From contig JBPCJW010000142.1 of assembly GCA_051004915.1 (NCBI GenBank), positions 915-64,914 on the forward strand: DNA of 64,000 bases, written 5' to 3'. This document shows, piece by piece, positions 57,881-64,000 of this stretch (positions are counted from its first letter, which is position 1; each line of letters begins with the position of its first letter). The position numbers and the translations under genes are program-made. The DNA is from Ilumatobacteraceae bacterium (GTDB taxonomy: Bacteria > Actinomycetota > Acidimicrobiia > Acidimicrobiales > Ilumatobacteraceae). The notes under the pieces are model-generated. The model was not told where the DNA came from and ran no database searches. It saw only the letters and a program-made list of their open reading frames with translations.

Positions 57881-59208
57881 CGTCGTACTCGCTCGATCGT
57901 TCGACCCGCCGACCGTCGGGCAGTGATGTCGTCGTCGGCGGATCGCCGCTGCGGCTGTTCCGGCTGACACCAGCCGGTGCCGAGGTGTTCGACCGGATCA
58001 GCGCCGGTGAGCAGATCGCCCCGTCACCCGCCGTCGACGGCTTGATCGACCGGCTGCTCGACGCCGGTGCGATCCATCCCCATCCGCGATCATCGCCGTA
58101 CACGTCGGCCGACGTCGCGGTCGTCGTCCCCGCCCATGTGCTCGGCGACACGGCGCTGACGGAGATCGTGCGGTGCTGCCCAGGCGTGGCCGCCGTGATC
58201 GCCGTCGACGACGCCTCCGACCCGCCGATCGCCTCGGTCGACGGCGCTCGTGTGCTGCGACTGCGCACGAACGCCGGGCCGGCTGTCGCCCGCAACGCCG
58301 GTCTGGGGGCGGTGACCACACCCCTCGTCGCTTTCGTCGACACCGACGTGCGCCTGCAGCCCGGCTGGCTCGACCCGCTCGTCGCCCACTTCGCCGACGA
58401 ACGCGTGGGGCTCGTCGCCCCCCGTGTCGCCAGCGCCGCCGGCGCCGGCTCGGTCGCGCAGTACGAGCAGGGTCACTCCCCACTTGATCTCGGACCGGAA
58501 CCGGGGCGCATCGGCCCCGGGACACGCCTCAGCTACGTGCCTGCCGCGGCGATCGTCGTGCGCACCGAAGCGCTGCGCGCAATCGGTGGGTTCGACCGCA
58601 CGTTGCGCTTCGGCGAGGACGTCGACGCGGTGTGGCGGTTGGTCGCAGCCGGATGGCGGTGCCGGTACGAACCGGCGGTGTGCATCGAGCACCGACCGCG
58701 TGGCACCTGGCGCGGGCTCGTCACCCAGCGCATCGGCTACGGGTCGGCCGCCGCGCCGTTGGCGCGCCGTCACCCCGGCGCGCTGGCGCCGGTGCGGATC
58801 AGCGGCTGGAGCGGCGGCGTCTGGTGGTTGGTCGCGTCGGGGCATCCGGTCGTCGCCGCGGCGGTGGCGGCGGGAACGGCGGGCGCGCTGGTGCGCAAGT
58901 TGCCTGGGCTTCCGGCGCGAGAGTCAATGCGGCTGACCCTCGTCGGTCATCTCGGCGCCGGCCGGCTGCTCGCCGATGCGGCCCGTCGGGCCTGGTGGCC
59001 GGTGATCCTTGCCGGTGCGGTGGTGTCGAGACAGGCGCGACGCATCGCCGTGCTCGCCGCGCTGCCGGCACTGTCGAACGGCGGCGTCCCACGGCTCCTC
59101 GACGACGTCACCTACGGGCTCGGGGTCTGGAAGGGCGTGCTCGCCGAGCGTCAGCTCGGGCCGCTGCTGCCGGCGTTCCCCCGCTGGCCGGGACGCGCCT
59201 CCGACTGA
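57877..59208 (+). CDS. family 2 glycosyltransferase (mycofactocin-system MftF-like)
   Basis: The N-terminal VVVGGSPLRLFRLTPAGAEVFDRI segment is as I recall it from MftF-type proteins. GT2 core: VAVVVPA...VDDASD...NAGPAVARNAG...FVDTDV...FGEDVDAVWRL. C-terminal TM helices are present. Confidence 0.7.
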   Translation: MTSYSLDRSTRRPSGSDVVVGGSPLRLFRLTPAGAEVFDRISAGEQIAPSPAVDGLIDRLLDAGAIHPHPRSSPYTSADVAVVVPAHVLGDTALTEIVRCCPGVAAVIAVDDASDPPIASVDGARVLRLRTNAGPAVARNAGLGAVTTPLVAFVDTDVRLQPGWLDPLVAHFADERVGLVAPRVASAAGAGSVAQYEQGHSPLDLGPEPGRIGPGTRLSYVPAAAIVVRTEALRAIGGFDRTLRFGEDVDAVWRLVAAGWRCRYEPAVCIEHRPRGTWRGLVTQRIGYGSAAAPLARRHPGALAPVRISGWSGGVWWLVASGHPVVAAAVAAGTAGALVRKLPGLPARESMRLTLVGHLGAGRLLADAARRAWWPVILAGAVVSRQARRIAVLAALPALSNGGVPRLLDDVTYGLGVWKGVLAERQLGPLLPAFPRWPGRASD

Positions 59209-59234
59209 CATCTGCACCGGTACCGTCGGCGGGC

Positions 59235-60179
59235 GTGACGTTGCGGCTCACCGTCGAACGCGACCCGTGGTGGAGGCACGCCGAACGGGTGGCCCGCGAC
59301 GCACCAGGCCTCGTCCCGGTCGTCAAGGGCAAGGGGTACGGGTTCGGTCGGGCGCGGCTCGCCGAACTGGCCGGCAAGCTCGCCGACACCATCGCCGTCG
59401 GGACGGTCCACGAGCTCGCCGGCCTCCCGGCTGGCCTGACGCCCGTCGTGTTGACACCGAGCCTGCGACCGCCCGTCGACCCGGCGCCGATCCTCACTGT
59501 CGGCTCGCTGCGCCACATCGCCGCGCTGGACGGTTGGCGGGGACGAGTGCTGGTCAAGCTGGCGTCGTCGATGCGGCGCTACGGCACCAGCCGCGACGAG
59601 CTCGGCGCCATGGTCTCGACCGCCCAGCGGTCGGGTCTCGAAGTCGTCGGGTTCAGCGTGCACCCGCCCGTCGCGGGCAGCGACGACGAGCACCTGGACG
59701 ACATCGCCGCATGGATGAACGTGCTCGACCCGACCGACGAGGTGTGGGTCAGCCACCTCTCGCTCGATGGCTACGCCGCACTCCGTGACGCGTGGCCCGA
59801 CCACAGGTTCCGCATCCGCTTGGGAACGGCGCTGTGGCACGGAGACAAGCGGTACCTGCAGTTGGGAGCCGATGTGCTGGACGTGCGGCCGACTCGGGTC
59901 GACGACCGAGTCGGCTACCGGCAGCTGCCCGTCCCCTGCGACGGGCACCTCGTGATGGTCGGCGCCGGGACGGCCCACGGCGTGCAGGCTCGGCCCGACG
60001 GCCTGAGCCCGTTGCACTTCGGTCGGCGGCGACTGGCGTTGCTCGAGCCGCCGCACATGCACACCTCGATGGTCGTCGTCCCGAGCGGCGAGCCGATGCC
60101 TGCCGTCGGTCAGTGGATCGACGTCCAGTGCCCTCTGATCACCGCCTACCCAGACGAATGGGTGTGGACCGATGGCTGA
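59235..60179 (+). CDS. alanine racemase-family PLP enzyme (short, 314 aa)
   Basis: GTG 59235. PVVKGKGYGFG matches the Alr PLP-lysine motif (VVKAnAYGHG). The C-terminal beta-domain has GYRQLP...VGAGTAHG. It is shorter than the canonical Alr. Confidence 0.65.
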   Translation: MTLRLTVERDPWWRHAERVARDAPGLVPVVKGKGYGFGRARLAELAGKLADTIAVGTVHELAGLPAGLTPVVLTPSLRPPVDPAPILTVGSLRHIAALDGWRGRVLVKLASSMRRYGTSRDELGAMVSTAQRSGLEVVGFSVHPPVAGSDDEHLDDIAAWMNVLDPTDEVWVSHLSLDGYAALRDAWPDHRFRIRLGTALWHGDKRYLQLGADVLDVRPTRVDDRVGYRQLPVPCDGHLVMVGAGTAHGVQARPDGLSPLHFGRRRLALLEPPHMHTSMVVVPSGEPMPAVGQWIDVQCPLITAYPDEWVWTDG

Positions 60180-61275
60180 GCCGGTGCGGACGGCGGTGGC
60201 GCCGAACGTGGGGCCGGGCGCCGGGCGTCTGCCCGGCCCGGACGTGGTGCGTGCTGTCGCCCTGATCGGCGTGGTCGTGATCAACTTCCACGGCTACTTG
60301 ATCCTGCGCGGCTCACCGCGAGGCGACAGCGCCCTCGATGACCTCTTCGACCCGTGGACCGGGCCGCTGTCGACACGCTTTGCGGCGACGTTCGTGCTCG
60401 TCGCCGGCGTCGGCGTCACGCTGCTCACCCGGCGGTCGATCGGCAACCGGGCAGCCGTGCTGGCGAAGCGGCTGACACTCGTCCGCCGTGGCCTCGTGTT
60501 GTACGTCGGCGGCCTGTGGCTCGACACGATCTGGGCGGGGACCATCCTGCCGTTCTACGGGGCCATGTTCATCGTCGGCGCCGGGCTCTTCACGTTGCGC
60601 TCGCGCTGGGTCCTGACGGTGGGGGCCGGAGCGGCGGTGGCTGCGGCGGCGCTGCGCTGGCGGGCCACGCAGTCGCGACTCGACGGGAACAGCGTCGACT
60701 GGTTCTTCGCTCCAGGCGGGCTGCTGCAGTGGTTGGCCGACGTCTTCGTCAACGGAACCCATCCGCTGCTGCCGTGGCTGGCGTTCTTCTGCACGGGCAT
60801 CGTGCTCGGGCGGCTGCTCACCACCGCAGCATGGCGGCCGATCGTCATCAGCGCAGGAGCTGTGCTCGTCGGCCTTGCGACGCTGGTCTCGGCGATGGTG
60901 CCGGCTGGACCGCTGGCGTCGATCCTCTCGAGCACCGACCCCTTCGACCGCGGCCTGCTGTACACGGCCAGCGCGCTCGGCACCGCGCTGATCGCCTTCG
61001 GAGTGCTGACGTGGCTCGCCGACCGCTTCACGGCCAGCGCGCCGATCGACCTACTGCGCGATGCCGGCGCGATGACGCTGACGCTGTACGTCGGCCACGC
61101 GCTCGTGTTCAACCTCGTCGTCGACTGGCTCGGGTGGATCCGCCCGACCGGGCTGGACACGGCGCTGGCGTTCGCCGCCGGCTTCTGGCTCGTCGCCATC
61201 ACCCTGGCTGCCTGGTACCACCGCCGCTTCGGCATCGGCCCGGTCGAGCGCGCCTACCGCCTCATCGGCGGCTGA
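60172..61275 (+). CDS. DUF418/DUF1624-type (YeiB-like) polytopic membrane protein
   Basis: ATG overlaps the upstream stop by 8 nt. RAVALIGVVVINFHGYL, multiple TM helices, and C-terminal GPVERAYRLIGG, typical of the YeiB/heparan-glucosaminide-acetyltransferase-like family. Confidence 0.7.
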   Translation: MAEPVRTAVAPNVGPGAGRLPGPDVVRAVALIGVVVINFHGYLILRGSPRGDSALDDLFDPWTGPLSTRFAATFVLVAGVGVTLLTRRSIGNRAAVLAKRLTLVRRGLVLYVGGLWLDTIWAGTILPFYGAMFIVGAGLFTLRSRWVLTVGAGAAVAAAALRWRATQSRLDGNSVDWFFAPGGLLQWLADVFVNGTHPLLPWLAFFCTGIVLGRLLTTAAWRPIVISAGAVLVGLATLVSAMVPAGPLASILSSTDPFDRGLLYTASALGTALIAFGVLTWLADRFTASAPIDLLRDAGAMTLTLYVGHALVFNLVVDWLGWIRPTGLDTALAFAAGFWLVAITLAAWYHRRFGIGPVERAYRLIGG

Positions 61276-61295
61276 CCCCCCCGAAACCCCACATC

Positions 61296-61420
61296 GGGTT
61301 CTGACGAAGCTTCATACTGGATCTCCAGTACGTAATCGCCACGAAACCACCCAGCGCCGGTCCGCCGCCGTTCGTGGCGCGATCGTGCTGGGTTTCCCGC
61401 ACGAAGTTTCGTCAGAACCC
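61296..61420. repeat. family 2 MITE/REP-like palindromic element, copy 3
   Basis: Termini gggttctgacgaag ... tttcgtcagaaccc. The right arm gtggcgcgatcgtgctggg is the reverse complement of the ccagcacgatcgcgccac core seen in the other copies. It lies between convergent stops 61275 and 61432. Confidence 0.85.
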
Positions 61421-61431
61421 GGCTGGGGTGG

Positions 61432-62328
<897 letters not shown>

Positions 62329-62348
62329 GCCGCCACCGTACTGTCGCT

Positions 62349-63287
62349 CTATCGCCGGCGAGCGCCGGCCGACTGGCTCGCCCGCCTGATCGCCTGGTCG
62401 CGCTGCATCCCGCGCACGGCGACGGCGCCAGCACCGATCAGCGGGCCGCGATCGCCCAGACGGGTCGGCGTGATGCGGGCGTGGCGGCTGTAGGGCAGGC
62501 GGCACAGCGTGCTCAGCTCGTCCTGCGCGGCATTGAAGAACGTGGCCGCGAACCCAAGCGCGACGCCGCCGCCGACGACCACCAGCTCGAGGTCGAGGAG
62601 GTTGCACAGCGAGGCCACGCCGCGACCGACGATGCGGCCCGTGCGCTGCATGATCTCGTACGTCGGCTGGCTCGGTGAGCGCCCCGTGATCGCCTCGATC
62701 GCCACGCCGGACGCCTCGGCCTCGAGACAGCCGCGAGCCCCGCATCCGCAGCGACGACCGTTGGGGTCGACGATCATGTGGCCGACGTGTCCGGCGTTGC
62801 CGGAGGCGCCGTCGACCAGCTCGCCGTCGATGACGATGCCGCCGCCGATCCCGGTCGACACGGTGAGCACGCAGTAGTTGGCGTAGCCCTTGGCGGCGCC
62901 CTGCCAGCCCTCGGCCAATGCCAGCGCCTTGCCGTCGAGGTCGCCGTACACCCGCTTGCCGGTCAGCTCGATCATCCGCTCGCGCAGTGGAAACTCGCGC
63001 CAGGCGGGCAGGTTGACGGGCGACACCGTCTCGCACTCACGGGTGATCGGGCCGGCCGATCCGATCCCGACGGCGGAGAGCCGCACGTCGTGGCGCTCGA
63101 CGGCCTCCAGTTGCTGCTCGACGATGCCGGCCAGCGCCTTGAAGTGGGCCTCCGGCCCAACGTTGTCGTCGACCAGCACGACCGCGCGATCGACCAGCTG
63201 ACCGTGCGGCGAGACGAGCCCTGCGGCGAACTTCGTCCCGCCGATGTCGACAGCGAGCACGACGGGTTGGCGCTTCGGTTGCTCCAT
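62349..63287 (-). CDS. ROK family sugar kinase (glucokinase-like)
   Basis: VLAVDIGGTKFAAG, VSTGIGGGIV, GHVGHMIVDPNGRRCGCGARGCLEAEASG (ROK zinc motif). ATG 63287. The upstream in-frame ATG 63440 is possible. Confidence 0.88.
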   Translation of the reverse strand: MEQPKRQPVVLAVDIGGTKFAAGLVSPHGQLVDRAVVLVDDNVGPEAHFKALAGIVEQQLEAVERHDVRLSAVGIGSAGPITRECETVSPVNLPAWREFPLRERMIELTGKRVYGDLDGKALALAEGWQGAAKGYANYCVLTVSTGIGGGIVIDGELVDGASGNAGHVGHMIVDPNGRRCGCGARGCLEAEASGVAIEAITGRSPSQPTYEIMQRTGRIVGRGVASLCNLLDLELVVVGGGVALGFAATFFNAAQDELSTLCRLPYSRHARITPTRLGDRGPLIGAGAVAVRGMQRDQAIRRASQSAGARRR

Positions 63288-63478
63288 CGGCACCGTCTCG
63301 TCGGGGTCGTGGGCGACGTGGTGCGGGCCGGCGGCTGGCGGGATCGGCGGTGGGAAGGCGGGTGCGGTCACGTCATTCGTTCGGGAGGGCGAGTCGTTCG
63401 GGATGGCTAGGGTTCGCCCATGGCTGCGGCCGTGGGTCACGTTCGGGTACCGCCGCCTTGAGCGGCGGGCGGGGGTTC

Positions 63479-64000
63479 ATGTTCCCACGTACGGCGACGG
63501 GTCGTTCCTCCCTGGTGCCGCCGCCACCGTGGCACTACAGCGGCACCATGTTGACCATCGAGCTGCGCGCCGATCCGGCAGCCGTCGCCGAGCTGCTCCC
63601 CGCGCCGCTGCAACCGGCCGAGGACGACCCGGGCGCCGTCGCCGTCATCTGGGCCGACTGGCAGAGCTGCAGCGATTCGTTCGAGGAGCTGCTCGACCCG
63701 GTGCGCGCCCAATACCTGGAGACGTTCGTCGTCGTGCGATGCACGTATCGCGGCGAGACGTACAGCCGATGCGTCTACATCTGGGTCGACCGCGACTTCG
63801 CGATGGTCCGCGGCCACCACCAGGGCTACCCCAAGAAGCTCGGCGAGCTGTTCGTCACGCGGCCCGTCAACGTCGGCGTCGCCGGCCCGCGACTTGCACC
63901 CGGCGGTCGCTTCGGCGCCACATGCTCGGCGTACGGCCGGCGGCTGATCGACGCCACGTTCACGATCACCGGAACCGCGCCGTCGGCCGGCTTCGTCAAC
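63479..64000 (+). CDS. acetoacetate decarboxylase (ADC) family protein, N-terminal part (runs off window end)
   Basis: My own translation from ATG 63479: MFPRTATGRSSLVPPPPWHYSGTMLTIELRADPAAVAELLP...YLETFVVVRCTYRGETYSRCVYIWVDRDFAMVRGHHQGYPKKLG. These are characteristic ADC-family motifs (PPW.Y, G...GYPKK). Not in the track because there is no stop in the window. Confidence 0.8.
   Translation, partial: MFPRTATGRSSLVPPPPWHYSGTMLTIELRADPAAVAELLPAPLQPAEDDPGAVAVIWADWQSCSDSFEELLDPVRAQYLETFVVVRCTYRGETYSRCVYIWVDRDFAMVRGHHQGYPKKLGELFVTRPVNVGVAGPRLAPGGRFGATCSAYGRRLIDATFTITGTAPSAGFVN

Overview
High-GC actinobacterial chromosome segment (G+C judged by eye, not computed). The assignment rests on WhiB regulators, a type-B SdhCAB and the pcrA-sucCD-purH backbone. 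I call about 60 protein-coding genes. I found no rRNA, tRNA, CRISPR array, transposase or integrase. Many long ORFs in the track are antisense shadow ORFs and were discarded, and several starts were moved to internal ATG or GTG codons. Core genes present are ppk, tatA, sdhCAB, mdh, metF, purH, sucCD and pcrA. Accessory blocks between them include VapBC, two AT3-SGNH O-acyltransferases, two OmpR-type two-component systems, a P450-ferredoxin pair and an AAA/vWA pair. The most interesting regions are: (1) A 10-kb divergon at 40.3-50.3 kb with no recognisable product logic. It holds a methyltransferase-GT2 fusion with a perfect 24-bp tandem-repeat linker, two ATP-grasp-type ligases, a PaaK/CapK-like adenylating enzyme, a DegT aminotransferase, a heme-oxygenase-like protein and a divergent ABC exporter. 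It also contains a 138-bp spacer carrying two micro-ORFs linked by three consecutive ATGA stop/start overlaps. (2) A plus-strand operon at 53.8-61.3 kb in which fixB-fixC-fixX-fixA is followed by creatininase-family (MftE-like) and GT2 (MftF-like) genes. No mftA/B/C/D is present, and a short alanine-racemase-like gene and a DUF418-type membrane protein follow. (3) Two dispersed palindromic repeat families. One has conserved stems and divergent 18-nt loops (2 copies). The other is MITE/REP-like (3 copies), and every copy sits at a convergent gene junction. (4) An 87-bp in-frame insertion flanked by 9-bp direct repeats inside the FadH-like reductase. (5) A GNAT gene broken by two frameshifts. 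All functional calls come from motif recognition in the translations. No database search was run.
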